Assembly: GCA_910592345.1 (NCBI GenBank)
Contig: CAJVPI010000063.1
Coordinates: 1-62,648 of the forward strand
Length of the DNA stretch: 62,648 bases
Direction of reading: 5' to 3'
DNA from: Paraglomus brasilianum
Lineage: Eukaryota
Below are positions 24,598 through 42,370 of this stretch, in pieces. The position numbers and the translations under genes are program-made. The notes beneath the pieces were generated by a model. It was not told the origin of the DNA. It ran no database searches and was given only the letters and a program-made list of their open reading frames with translations. Position 1 is the first letter of the stretch. Each line of letters begins with the position of its first letter.

Positions 24598-27243
24598 TCA
24601 GATATACACCCTCCTTAAATCTCCTGGTAACGTAATCTTCTGACACTGCGGACATACCTTCTTCACGCCTAAAGACTGCAACCAACACTTTTCACAGTGT
24701 ACGTGCCAGCAGATGATTGATGTGAGCGGCGTGTCGTAAGTGTCAAGGCAGATCAAGCACCGAGGAATGTTGGTTTGCGATTCCTTTTTAAAGGAAATAA
24801 ATTGGTATTATCAAGTCGCTAAGAATGATAAAGGCATTTTTTTATTATTCACGTACCAGTTGTCGAATACGTGCCTTAAGTGACTCTTCCACTAGGCTAG
24901 AATCTGCTGGAATATCTACCAGGTGTGTATGTAGGGATCGTGGATTAACGTGTCTGCCAAAATGTCTAAACCAACAAAAAAGTGCATTCACATACCTGTA
25001 ATTTCACACTCTTTCTTCTTATCCCTCTTTGTGCGTCCGTTTGAAAGGTTCGATCTAACGAACCAACGATTATTCAAACACTTCAGAGATTAAATTTCAT
25101 TTCTCTTTACTACATACTCGCATTCAAGTCTATTTTGCATCGTAACTTTGTGTTTCATAAAACGTACTCACCTGCCATTTCTTCGACCTCCAACAACCAA
25201 TTCCCTTAACTGAGTTGCAACTTTATCTTCACTAATATTAGTCACTCGTATGATGTCACTCTCCGCATACTGTGCCCGACCGTAAACATGCTCATCATCG
25301 ACGACGTCCACATTTAGAATTTCATCGTGATCAGCGTGAGTTTGAGGTCGTTGGGAGCGGGAGTGTGATGGTGTTAGGCGCAAAGCTTCAAGTGAAGAAT
25401 GGGTGTTAAACGGGTTATAACTTGACGTGGCGTAATAACAATAATAATAATACAATCATAGTTGCTTCTTATCACCCAAGATACACGTTTATTCTCATCC
25501 CCGCATACCTTTTCCACTCACTCGCTCCCCCCTGCCAAAGTTCGTCGTACCTGCCCAACCACCCTCGACTAAAGACACTGCCCTAACACGTGTTTGTCCG
25601 GCCCAGGTGTACTCTTCGTACTCACCTGATACGTTATTACAGTTGGTAGCTGTAGTTTGTGTATACGTTGGTGAGGATCTTGAATTTCGTGACTTGATTA
25701 GAAAAGGGTAGAGAGAGAAATATAGAATAGGTAAAAGAAGTATTGTTGATTTGTCTGTTGACAGGTAGGAGATATCTTTTGGCAGAGACTCAAATCAGCC
25801 GGTTTTTACTCCCGTTCAGATCCAGATAGCAAAAAAAACAGTACTTACTCTTTTTGCATACTTTTCTAAACAGACATCAATATGTTGATTAACATATTCG
25901 ATATCGTTACGAAGCACTATTCCACATAGGCAACACCTTTGTGTTTGTTCTCCATCACACGTCATCTCATTGAATATCATTTGCTCATCCTCCTCGTATC
26001 GACCAAATGTCTCATCACATTCTGTCTCGCAATCAACGCCCATCCTAGTTTCATTATCGTCAACATCTCCATCCTCGTTGATATTGTTTCTCCGATGCTC
26101 CTAACCATTTTAGTTTGATTTTACAGAAAAGGATTTACACCTTTTTCGACTCTTTTTAGTGAATACAAAGCACGTGAGAGAGGTACAATGAATAGACCGT
26201 TATAGGAAGTTACCTTGGCAAAGGATGAATATGTGTTGTGGTATGAAGTATTGGGTTGGATATGAGATGGAGGAGGGGATCGTGCTGGTTGTTTGCCTTT
26301 GCGCGTCACGGTTAGGCGTTTGCGGGCTTCGTGTGCTGCATTACGTTTTGAGCGCATTCTGAGTCGAAAAATCAGAGATGCAGTATTAGAAAATAAAATA
26401 AATTCCATTGTTCATATCCCACCGAGTCTCTTGAAAACGATCATATGAAAAAGGAAAACTATTCACAACTAGGCGTAATTCGTGCGTATCGCTACTGTAC
26501 GTAATTCTCAACATTGCTATGCGTCGCGCAATATTTCTTTACCCTCTTTCCCTCACCATTGCTTCAACATACACCGAACACTCATCACTCCCATCCACTA
26601 AAACCTGCTTCTCCTGGTTCTCTTCCTCGAATGCATCATGTCTCGTGTTACACTGAGGACATTGCAGCGGTTCCTTTAGTAATGAGGATTTGGCTTTTCG
26701 CGATCGATCAGAATGTGAAAACGCAATGGATGGATCGGTGTGGAAGTGTCAGAAAAAGAGTGAATTGAGCGTGTAAGCGTATCAAAATGGAAAACAAGAA
26801 AAAGAAAGGGTAAAGAAAGAATATGGTAAATATTAGCGAGAAAATATGTGATGGATGATGCCAAAACACGCAAAGAAATACAAATAATAAAAATGGGTAA
26901 AAATGTGGAGAGATTCGTTGATTACATTTTTTCCTACCGCAACTATCATTACTTCTCGTTCGCAATCGCTTCTTACTATCCATAGCAGACACTTGCATTG
27001 TTTCTCTTCAATATATATTGAAAAATCAACTTAATTTTACTCAAGAATTTCTTTTCCCATATCCAGCCTTCTTATGTTTCCATCCTTCATTCTATCTCTT
27101 CGTTGACTTACCCATTCATCCTAGAACTACCCTCTGATTCATAATCATCACGACCGTTACAATTATTACAATCATTGATAATACCATTTTCACAAGACCC
27201 GTTCTTAATTTTCACTCTTGTTCGGTTTGCTGTACAGGCCATT
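24598..27243 (-). CDS. RNF220-like RING E3 ubiquitin ligase (multi-exon; start uncertain)
   Basis: C-terminal CLICLDTYDTPLTSIICWHVHCEKCWLQSLGVKKVCPQCQKITLPGDLRRVYI*; CCLCG...NQHIDVCL finger; EEYTWAGQTRVRA; YGRAQYAESD. Confidence 0.75.
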
Positions 27244-27530
27244 CTACAACTATTATCCAACGAATTAATGAATATTAGCGGGGGTTCGGTGTGTATAATC
27301 AAAGAGAAAAGAGAAAATTAGCGGGAAGGAGAAAAGTTTTAGGTTGGATTCTTGAAATTGAAGAAACGGAATGGATGCGAGTTGGATGAAGTTTAAAGGA
27401 TCTTTTTGTGGTGTGGTAACACTTGATTGAAAACACCAAAGGCCAGGAGAGATTGTACGACGATGGATTGGTCATGTGAAGATAACAATATAACGTAATT
27501 TTACTTTTTAATCGAAGTTTTTTCAAGAAA

Positions 27531-28992
27531 ATGATAACCGACGACATTCTCGAAACAATTCTCAAAGCTAAAGCACAGGAACCTATAACTGATTTCTTAG
27601 ACTGGCCCTCAATGAGTCTTCAATTATTAGCTAGAGAGACTGTATGTTCACTAATTTTATCCAATCGGTTCTTCATACCTTTCTCATTCAATGTTCATTC
27701 TCTTAATTCGCACTTGTAGGTTTTCCCAACACCAGATGAAATAACCGCAAATCTTCATGCGTCTTGTGTGCAGTCCGGATCTAGGCCCAATTCGCGATTC
27801 TCCAAAGGCATTCTTGAAAGGCCATATTATTTAGCCTTTTCAGAAATGATTATCAAGTGTTTTGCTAATGGCGGTTTGTTCCCTGAAGATGTTGTCAAGA
27901 GTCAAGTATATATGCTAGAAGGAGTTAATGTTGCAAGGTGAGGAACGCCTCGAAACAGAAGTTTTGTATGCGTGACTATCCATTGATCGTTGGTTCGTAA
28001 CACAAAAGTCCAGGCTGAAAGAAATAGAGCAGCGAATGATTGCAATGTATAATTCATGGGCGTCCATCTCACCGCCACTAGCAGAGAAGTTGTCCACATT
28101 AGAAGATTTTTTATTTAAAGTTTGTATTAGACTTTATCTTGCAGATTCAAAACTAAGCTTATTTTGCTTCTAATGTAATTTTTTTCTTCAGTTTCTAACT
28201 CCAAAGGACGTCAACACATTTCTAGGGTTGCGCACGACAATCGGGTCTGCCGTCTATTTACCCCCTTCGTTGAACGAGTGTGTAAATGCTTTCACAAAAA
28301 TACACACAAAAAGTAACGTGACAGAACAAAGTGGAGGGGAACAGGGCAGTGGAAGTGAGGGAAGTATCGGCGATGGAGAAAGTAAACGTCGTAAAAACAA
28401 AGTAAACACTTTGACAGTAGGGGCAAAGGCTTTCTCCAAACATTGTCACAGAGACCGATCGAGAAATTTTTGGGGCACGTGTACGGGAAGTAAGTGTTAT
28501 TTCGCGTGCTGCCAGTTACAGACTAATAATGTTAGATCTGCCCAAGATTTACAAGTCCTTTTCCGTATTTTGGCCGTGACTGATTTGTATGCTTTGTTTC
28601 AGCCGAAAAGCAAAAGAACGAACAAGCAAACCTTGTCCTGGCCAAGATTATAACCAATGCAGCATGGATTAATCTCCATTCACTTCCGGTATTTAAAGAA
28701 GGTCCAATTCAAAATTAAGAATATTTGATTGTTTTTCTCAACTCACATTTTCCTGTTACGATCTCAGCATAACATACTCACATATGAGATACGCACCGCA
28801 GAAGGGTACGGCGCACGATGGACACTGAATGCGCCATTGACGTCAACTAATAGCTCTGCAACTCAATCACCAACTCCATCTTCATCAAAAACATCACCTT
28901 TCGTGTTTGATTCTCCTCAAACTTCACTCACGTTCCGCGGATTTCTAGAACCTCAGATGGAAAACGGACACGGGAAGAAGTGGATTCATTGA
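27531..28992 (+). CDS. Conserved uncharacterised protein with a C-terminal LTVGAKAFSKH..R / EIR..EGYGARW / FRGFLEP domain (multi-exon)
   Basis: Exons FLGLRTTIGS, LTVGAKAFSKHCHRDRSRNFWG, KNEQAN, WINLHSLP, YEIRTAEGYGARW, FRGFLEPQMENGHGKKWIH*. From recall, resembles the C-terminal region of plant ASCH-domain proteins. Confidence 0.7.
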
Positions 28993-29196
28993 TTACGATA
29001 AATATATTTATATATGTTAACGTAGTTTACGGTTATTAAGACAAATTATTCATTTCCCCGGATACAATAAAAATAATGTTATTGTAATCTTGTGATTATT
29101 ATGGTCATCCCAATCACCGTACTCGTATAAGCAGTCCATAGCAAGTCTTGTTCTACTCTCATAATTAAACGCTATGTTGAAGGTCGAAGAAAACAA

Positions 29197-29946
29197 TCAA
29201 ATACCCTCGAGAGATTTGATTGTTTCTTCAAGCTCCTGCTGAGCCTGATTATGTTTCTCTTTCCATTCTTCAGCCTTTGCTTCGAGGTCTACTGATTGAT
29301 TTTCGAGAACTTGGACTTTTCTTTCAGCTTGCTCTGCTCGTAGGTCGCTCTCTCGAAGTCTGAAAGTGTATGAAGAAGAAACATTAATAATGCGTTGTCG
29401 TCGTGATGAATACTCTAATTCTTATACCACATCGGTATCCGACCTAACTATCCCAAAACTCACAGCAACTTACTTATTTGTCGTCTCAGCCAGACGCTTC
29501 TCAGTTTCTTCAAGGTCAGATTCAAGCCGAGCAACTTTATTTTTCAACGTTTCTATTTCGGCATCTTTATTAGATGACTCTAATTCAAAGGCTTTCGCCT
29601 TGGCCGCTTCTTCGTCTGCACGTGCCGTAGCTGCGTCTGCCTCAGCGCGGAGGTTATTGACTCTCTAGATTGATATAATTGGTAATATAAAAATAATACA
29701 CCCGGGAGGAAAAGGATAATAGAAGGAAGGTATTAATAAGCTTAAGTAAAGTCTGCCGGACTTGTGATTGTAACAATGAGAAGAAGAACGTCTAATTCTA
29801 CAAGTATACCGGTAGGCTTTCCGTCCTCACTTTCAACTTATTGCGTGCATTTTAACACACTCCGCTCACTCCTCTCACCCTTCACACTCTTTCTATGCAT
29901 GCTATCCGTAATTCCTTCGTCTTATTACCTCTTTAAGTCTGTCCAT
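29197..29946 (-). CDS. Tropomyosin, 123 aa (3 exons)
   Basis: MDRLKE|RVNNLRAEADAATARAD...ETTNK|LRESDLRAEQAERKVQVLE...ELEETIKSLEGI*; continuous heptads. Confidence 0.85.
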
Positions 29947-30673
29947 GTTTCGGGTTTCAGCAGGCCGATGGGAATAGGCTGTGTAGGTAAAAGGGTAAAG
30001 ATAACATGAAAAAAGGATTGTGATTAATATATGGGGACTTGATCAGTTGTGGCGTAAGCTTGACTACTAAATTTGAACCCCTGAGTCCAACACTATTAAT
30101 ATGGGACATGTTAAACATAACGCCACAGTATTATTTTTAACAATCCGGCCAATTTAATGCAAAGTAATATTGTTTTTTAGCCAGGAAAGGTTGGAATGCA
30201 TTTTAAACGGCATCCATATAGTCTACGTTTTTGTCATGCCAAGAATGTGAAAATTCTAGTTCGAATACTAAAGAGTCAATCATAAGCAATACATTTCTTT
30301 GAGATAGGTTGCAATTGTTAACGTGATGCGTTTCGAGCTCTCTTTAGATCCGAACAAGATATATTTCAATGGTACAGTTAAAGCAATGCATAGAGGAATA
30401 ATAAGCACCAGCTGACGTCTTAAAAGAAAGCGCGTGCTAATAAGAGAACTTTTTACCATTGGTATCGCAATATAGCTCTTTGCCGGAAGACATGTTAGAT
30501 ATTGTACATGGTAATGTAAAAGAGTCGCCGCAATGAAAGTGTCAATCGCATTATCCCAATCTCTTGTATTTTTACCAGCAGAATCGAGTTATAAATCAGT
30601 CCATCGCAGGCCTTGAAAACAATAGTAATAGCGCGTTGAACGGACGGAGCAACTTTTTCTCCTGGAATACTTG

Positions 30674-32308
30674 TCATAGTACTGTAATTTTTAGACGATT
30701 ATTCCTGAAACATAATTCTTCAGAGAGAGGTGGTAAAGGCATAACCTGGTCGAGTGAATGATTCATATCCTGCATAGCATCAAACATTGTTCGTTTACTC
30801 TGTCTCTGATTTAGTCTTTGTAATAGCGATTCATTGAATATATTGTCCTGAAGGATCTAACGCGTCGATCACTATTAATTGAACTATCTGTTACTTCTGT
30901 ACTGTATGTAGTTAGTCTCGCACTTGTATTTACTTTTTTATCGCTCGCAATGTAGTGAATATTCTTTCGCTCATCACCTGATATGTAAAATCCCGAGACT
31001 GTGACGCGTCACGATCTTTATATACAGCGACATTATATACAGTGTGGGACAACAGTTCATTGCGCCACAACCAGTGAACAAATTCACATCACTACAAGCT
31101 GAAAACCAGGTGATTTTATTAATATATTTTTAGTAAGATTACGTTCTCCATTCTTTTCAGTTACAAGTTCACAACGCCGTTTCATTGACTCCACTAAGTT
31201 AATTAGAGTAGAATCTGGGATATTTTCCCATTCCTCTACCATAAATCGCTCCAGTTCTTTGGCATTCGCCTCTCCACATTACCTTTAACAATACCCCAGA
31301 GATTTTCAGGTCAGGGCTGTTAGACGACCAAGCCATGACTTCAGGCAATTCTCTCGAAGAAAGGACGGCTTGTATGTTTCGGATCATTATCTTGTTGAAA
31401 CCGCCATCTGCCCTTTATAGCATGCGATTTATCTCTGGAGCATGTCTGCAGAGAATATCTACATAGAATTTAGCATCCATGAAAATGAAAGCAAATTCCG
31501 ATAGATGAACACATGATCCCCCTAAAGCAAAATAAGCTTGTCTTTCCCTTATTGCAGAAACCACCCCCATGCAAAATTTTCGCCCTGTCTTTGGGCGTAG
31601 GACGAGTTGGTCAATACCCCGCCTAATTATCTGTACTAACCCCAGCACCTCCTCCTCAACCACGGCAGTAAGCAGTCTGAAATTCAGATGTTGGTGCTTG
31701 TGGTGGTGGAGGTGCCAGCAGCCAACGCAATTCAATACTTGTCTGCCCTGTAATACAAGGAGAATAAGTTAGACATTCGCTGAGATAATACATATTATTG
31801 AAGTTAAGCAATAAAAGAACTATACTTTAAAATTTATAATTAATAATATTATTATATAAGCTGCTATTGCAGTAGATTTTCCTTTATGCCTATGAAACTT
31901 AATCCCTTGGGTAGCTAGTAAACTCTCTCAATATATTGCTATGGCACATCAGGAAACGTACCCGATTAATAGTGCCAGATCACACCAACCTCAAAGGGCA
32001 TGCCTACAACATAGTCCCAAAGGAGAGAGAAGGATGGCGCTACGAGGTCTAGTGTAATAGCAATGTTCACATATCCTAATAACCTTTACTTTTTACATAC
32101 TAACCTCATGAACGAGGGCAGACCTGTTGATAATGATGGTGGTAGAGGCTGCGTTTGTAGAGGAGCCCGTGTTCGTAGAGGTCGTCGTGGAGGCCATAGT
32201 CATGGTGGTGATGGTGGAGGAGGAGGGAGGAGGAGGATTCGTCTTTATACCAGCGTTCAACCGTGTTTCGGAAGAGTTGAAAGCAGAATCAAAATTGAAT
32301 TCGTGCAT
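30674..32308 (-). CDS. Possible small hypothetical gene whose intron hosts the Tc1 remnant
   Basis: S/T-rich exon ending SALVHE|gttagt. Candidate terminal exon tag|ILQDNILNESLLQRLNQRQSKRT...KITVL* joins in phase 0. Confidence 0.3.
31040..31620 (-). mobile_element. Tc1-like (DD34E) transposase C-terminal remnant with one TIR end
   Basis: GRWRFQQDNDPKHTS, WSSNSPDL...NLWGIVK, EEWENIP, LVESMKRRC; TA|CAGTGTGGGACAA terminus at 31038-31052. Confidence 0.8.
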
Positions 32309-32559
32309 TTTACGCGTCGCAAAACGTGTTTTTGTATCATGAAAAAAAATTTTTTGTTCCACACTGTATATACTGTATTGTATGTAATAGTAAATCCTTT
32401 ATTTTCTGAACCGAAAAAAAAAAAGTCCACTGCAATACAGGTTCTCAGAACACGAAAAGGAAAAAGATGCTTTACGAAAATATTTCTCTGGAAATAATAA
32501 ACGACAAAATGATGCAGTGACTTTCCTTTCTGTGATGAAGGGAAACTTGGATTCTTGAG

Positions 32560-34488
32560 ATCTCTGATCTCTCCGCCTGGTATGTTCTCTCAGATTTTAT
32601 CAAAGCATGGATAATATGACTTAAACTCTTGTTTTCTTGGCAATACTTACATAATCTTGTGCTTTTCTTTCCTGCTTTTTATCATCAAACCCGCCAAAAA
32701 CACATTCGCGTTATCGTAGAGCAACCCGATGTCACTGGTAATAATAAATTTGGTCAACGTGAGGGAACACGATATGGTTTGACTTTGTTAACTGTTGTTG
32801 CTTCATTCTCGCCTACACCATGTCCATGTCACACCAATAATAATTTTATTTTATTTTATTTTATTTTATTTTATTTTTATTTTTATTTTTTGATATTTAG
32901 AGTCCCTTGGCAAACGAAGAAAATTTGATCTAAAATTCTTAATTCTTACCACTCCCCTTCTTCACCTTCCTCTTGGGATAACTGCAAAAAAGATATAAAA
33001 TCCTTTTATAAATCAATTTCCTCTTATGATGATGATATAAAAAACTGCAAAGGATTTGGAATGCTTTTAAGGATACTCCAGACGATTCCCCGTTCCTTCG
33101 GTTTTCCGAGAAAGTTTCCTACCTTTTTGGCAAAGATGATAAAGTAACAATATAACCACCTTGTTCGTCCGTAAATGTTATCTCCACTTATCTAAAATTA
33201 TTCTCGAGAGTGCCAATATCCGTCGTTTCTTATTACCGGAAATCCAGGGATTGGAAAAACCTTCTTTGGTTATTACTTACTTTATAAACTTGCACGACAA
33301 ATAAAACGGTTGTATACCATAATAATAAGTGCAACAAGTCTCCGATTCTCTTTAGTAATGATACCATTTACAGTATTTATGAAGACAATATTTACACATT
33401 CAAAGATTACCTGGGAAATGAAGATGTTTGGTATATTGTGGATGGAAGGGAACCAGCAGATTATATCGCCAAGACAATTCTTGTCTGTTTGCCTCAGAAG
33501 AATAACTACAACGAGTTTTGTAAACTAGGAACAACTATTCAATATATGTCAGTATGGTCATGGGAAGAGACCGATACATGCAGGGCAGAACTTTTCCCCA
33601 AACTTTCTCAAGAATCTGTTCGGGAATTGTACAATCGTTGGGGTGGCATTCCCCGGTTTACCTTGTTATATGCTTTTAATGATTTTCAGCAACGTCTTCT
33701 TGACAAGGCAATTAACTCAGTTAATGAGTCTATATTCAAATTTATTGGTGAATCCACTGATGACAATAAATAGCCCTAGTTACAAAATCGTCCATATATA
33801 CACAAACGTACCAGAGAAGGAGACAGTGGAAGTAGAGGATAATCCTTCGTCAAAAACTCCCACAGTAACCAAACCAGATAAAGGGAAAAGTATTGCAGGG
33901 AAAGAGGTTCCTTTCTATATATCATGTCAACTTTAAAGTTTGCGTCTGATTATGTCTCTGAAAAGGTAATGAGTATACTCACAATGCATTACAGGGATGA
34001 GCTGTTGAATTTTGCGCGAGCTAGCCCAGCGATAAGTGCTTACGGTACTACACTTCGGGGTACTATGTTTGAGCGACTTGCTCACAGAAAGATACTAAAG
34101 GGAGATCATTTAATGTTCGGCCTTTTATCCAACAATACAGTAACTACCTCTTGCTTCGAGTTGAACAACAAATACCCAGCCGGGAAAAATTGGTGCTCAG
34201 CAATATTGAAGAGATTAAACCTAACATGTACTGTATACCAACCCAACAAAACAACGCGTCCTTCGATGCATATGTTTCTCCCGACACATTCTTCCAAATG
34301 ACTATTGCTGGGAGTTATCCTATCGTCAGGAGTGGCTTGGAGAAATATATTAATGAAAACGACAATTTCGAAATCAAGTTTTATTTTGTCCTGCCAAACA
34401 CACTGTAAAAAGAACTGTTCTCAAGAGAAAACCATCTTGGTTTGGTCGCTTTCGACAATATGCTCTGGAACTTGATCAGAAGTTGTAG
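32560..34488 (+). pseudogene. Crinkler (CRN)-family effector pseudogene: P-loop NTPase plus PD-(D/E)XK-like C-terminus
   Basis: HIRVIVEQP (HVLVxxP-like junction), ITGNPGIGKTFFGYYLL, WYIVDG, RWGGIPRF, FASDYV, GTMFE, ASFDA...FFQMT; several frameshifts and stops. Confidence 0.8.
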
Positions 34489-35836
34489 TTTGTATTGAAA
34501 GATAGTTATCAGTTATGTTCTCATATAGGATCGTTATATCAAAAAATAAAGCACTGCATATTCTCAAAAAATTTTACAGACGACATACGTAATTTGATAT
34601 GACAATCATATTATGGTTATGAGATAACATCGAAAATTAATTAATAAAAAAAAAAAGCTCTCCGAAAGAAATCATACTAGTACAGGGCGAGGAAGGTTCA
34701 TGATCTTTTTTTTTCATATTAGTGATGATAAAATTCAACGGATGGTGTTAATCCAACGAATAAAAACGGGTTCTAATACACGATATACAGGACCCATCTG
34801 CTTCTTATTATTATGTATTATTTGTATTTTGGGATAATCGCGCAAATAAATGCTAGCAAGAAAATCTATAATTTCCCAAATTTAATTAACAAAATATCTT
34901 ATCCTCGTAATTATTTTATAAGATTCTGTGATTACCGTTAATTCGCATGAGTTATTATTATTGTTATGTACTTGACTTAAATCAATCCGCAAAACCGTCT
35001 TATAGCTTGGATTAGTTCAGCATTCTGACTAGCGTCCAGCTGGCCAATTCTAACGATTATTGTTAAAATTATGATTATTTAATTTATTATTCTTATTAAA
35101 AATACGATGCATGAAGTTTTCCCAACTCGCAATTATTAGTTAAATGTTGGCTCGATCGAATTCGGTAAGCAGTTGATAGCCCGAGGTGCTTATTATTATT
35201 TCGATCGGTATTAGATTAGGAAGTCTTTTATACCTAAATGACGTTGAACCTTTAGTAAAAGAAATCAAGTAATTCAGTTTGACGTTCTTAACAGAGTTTG
35301 GTAATCTATGAAAGTTTTATAGTCGTTGTCATCCTATCGCGGCATTTGTTTGATATTTTGCAATAAAGTAACTGTCGATACCAAACATACATAACAGTCT
35401 TACATCATAATATACATGCTATAAATACTCTCATACCAATTGCATACTCCATAGATAATTGCTCAACCTGGGTATTTGGGTATTTACGTATAATCCCTCC
35501 AAATTGGATCGTTTGCATAATCCACCCCTGCATTAACAGTTAAATACCAATATTTATATTATTCGCTCGGACGGTAAATCCCTTTCGCGTACATTACCCG
35601 GTACAATACGCATATTCCAGTCACTGAACAAATGGAGAGTGTTTTGACAGCGCTATTGTGGCTTGCAATCTCGTATCCCCTGAAGTCCTGTGGCGTCATA
35701 ATCAATATTCTGGTTTATGTCCACATATACACTAGTATGGTAATGCCTATATCTTTCAACAAAGTTTGAAATAACCTCACCGAAGGGCATAGTTTCTGTT
35801 ATTTAAAGTGATAATAGAATAAAAAAGTAGCCAACC

Positions 35837-38295
<2,459 letters not shown>

Positions 38296-38663
38296 GCTTG
38301 GAAATCTATCACAAACGCTGAAGATTTTGAACATATTATATATTATTTTTACTTTTGTTCTCTATCTTATTTGTTCCTATCTTTTTCCCACCCCCCTTTG
38401 TTGTGAAGTATAGTATCACAGATAAAGGATCCTTATTCTGTTCGTGCTGTCAATAGCCAATTCCATATTACTCCAATACGCTTCATCAATCCATATATCT
38501 CTTCCTAAAGAATTAAATAGTTATAGTTAAATGATTACATATAACAGAAGCTTAGATGTCTATATCATTAGCTTTCTTTATTCTGTTATAGAAGCATTTT
38601 AAATAGAAATACGAAATATACATTGAGACACTATTATGTTCACACCAAAGTATTAGTTATCTG

Positions 38664-40913
<2,250 letters not shown>

Positions 40914-41107
40914 GTTTACTAAAGTGTGAGCGAGATGCAATCGTATGAGAATTCAGCTCATCATTATCGGGGACCAGCAATTCGTCAACAATTCTCTGAC
41001 CTATAAATGGAAGTCATTGAGTATTTATTATTGTCCGAGTTTCAATGTCTTATAATTTCCATACAAATCTGGCACTGTCACAAGATAAAAAGCCCTCCAT
41101 TTTCCGC

Positions 41108-41783
41108 ATGGCGCTAATGGAGCATCTCTTGTTTGATGTTAAAAATGCCCACAAACGTTATGCCCATAGACATTACGGCCAGAGACTATCCAATAGAGTC
41201 GCTAGCTCTTACGGAAAAAGAAATTGTGGAAATAAGGTAAAGGAATAAACAAAGTGTGTTTGACAAAAGGGTGGCGGTGAAGAGAAGGATAAATAATACT
41301 AACTATTGAGATAACGAATACTAGTGTACGTCTGTTCTGACTATTATATCGTATATCATCTCTTTCTTGTTGTGTGTACATTTATAACATTATTGAAATT
41401 GTTCCAATGTGTTAGAGGTAAGCCAGAAGATATATCGGATGCATAATTCTAGATTTCTTTCAAGTCATTAACCAACAGCCCTGTCGATAGCTCGCCAACG
41501 AACTTTCGAAGGCGCATATTGGAGAACCTGTCTCTCGGCATTCGGATTTTCGTTGATCATTCTCCGAATATTCGAGCCGGCATTCTACAACATTGGCCTC
41601 GTTTTTGTTGGCTATGGAGCGCTGATGCTCGCAATTGCTGCCTTGCGCCGACGGAAAAATGGGGATATATTTGATACTACCAAACCATTCGAAACTGGTG
41701 GGGGATTTGTGGTTTTGACTTCGCTATTGGCTCTCTCTACCTATGTTGCTTTATTGGTGTTCATTGTCAAGCTAGAACACTGA
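41108..41783 (+). CDS. DUF202-family small membrane protein (spliced; exon structure approximate)
   Basis: ARQRTFEGAYWRT followed by three hydrophobic helices. Confidence 0.7.
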
Positions 41784-42370
41784 CGTAAGAGAATGAGTGA
41801 ATCGAATTGGGCATTCTGTCCAATGTATGTAATTCAGAAATCAAAATTGTGCGTATAAGAGTACATATTAATATGCAAATAAGAAGCTTATGTTTGTTCG
41901 TTGTTTGTCATGTATCACTTTGACCCAAGTATCTACTTAACAATGTGTCTGATTCTCCTGTGTACTTTGTATCTACATATATAGGTGTATTTAATTAAAA
42001 ATTAAACAGCTGACTGCAGGTTTCTTTGGTGATGGCCGAGGTAATTAGAGGTGAATTCGGTGTTTTTGATCCAAAAGCTCTTTTTTTATACATCAATTGT
42101 TATTCGTCTGTCCATATTTGTGGAGGGAAAAATAAATAAATGATCTGTTTGCTTGTGTTCATCTTCTCGGTCACTTCTACACACTTGTCAAAATAAGTAA
42201 TTGGTGATGCACATAACATATGCTTGAACCTTTCAGAGTAAGAATTAACCGCAGTCAGATTGAATGTTTCACAACAATCGAAACGAGGGGAAAAGGAAGG
42301 GAACGTGCATCAACAAATTCGCCAATAAAATTGACAACTTATTCTGTTATTCGAGTGCATATACTTTGAC

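Noticed and set aside
32845..32890. (TTTTA)n tract
   Set aside because: Ordinary intronic microsatellite.
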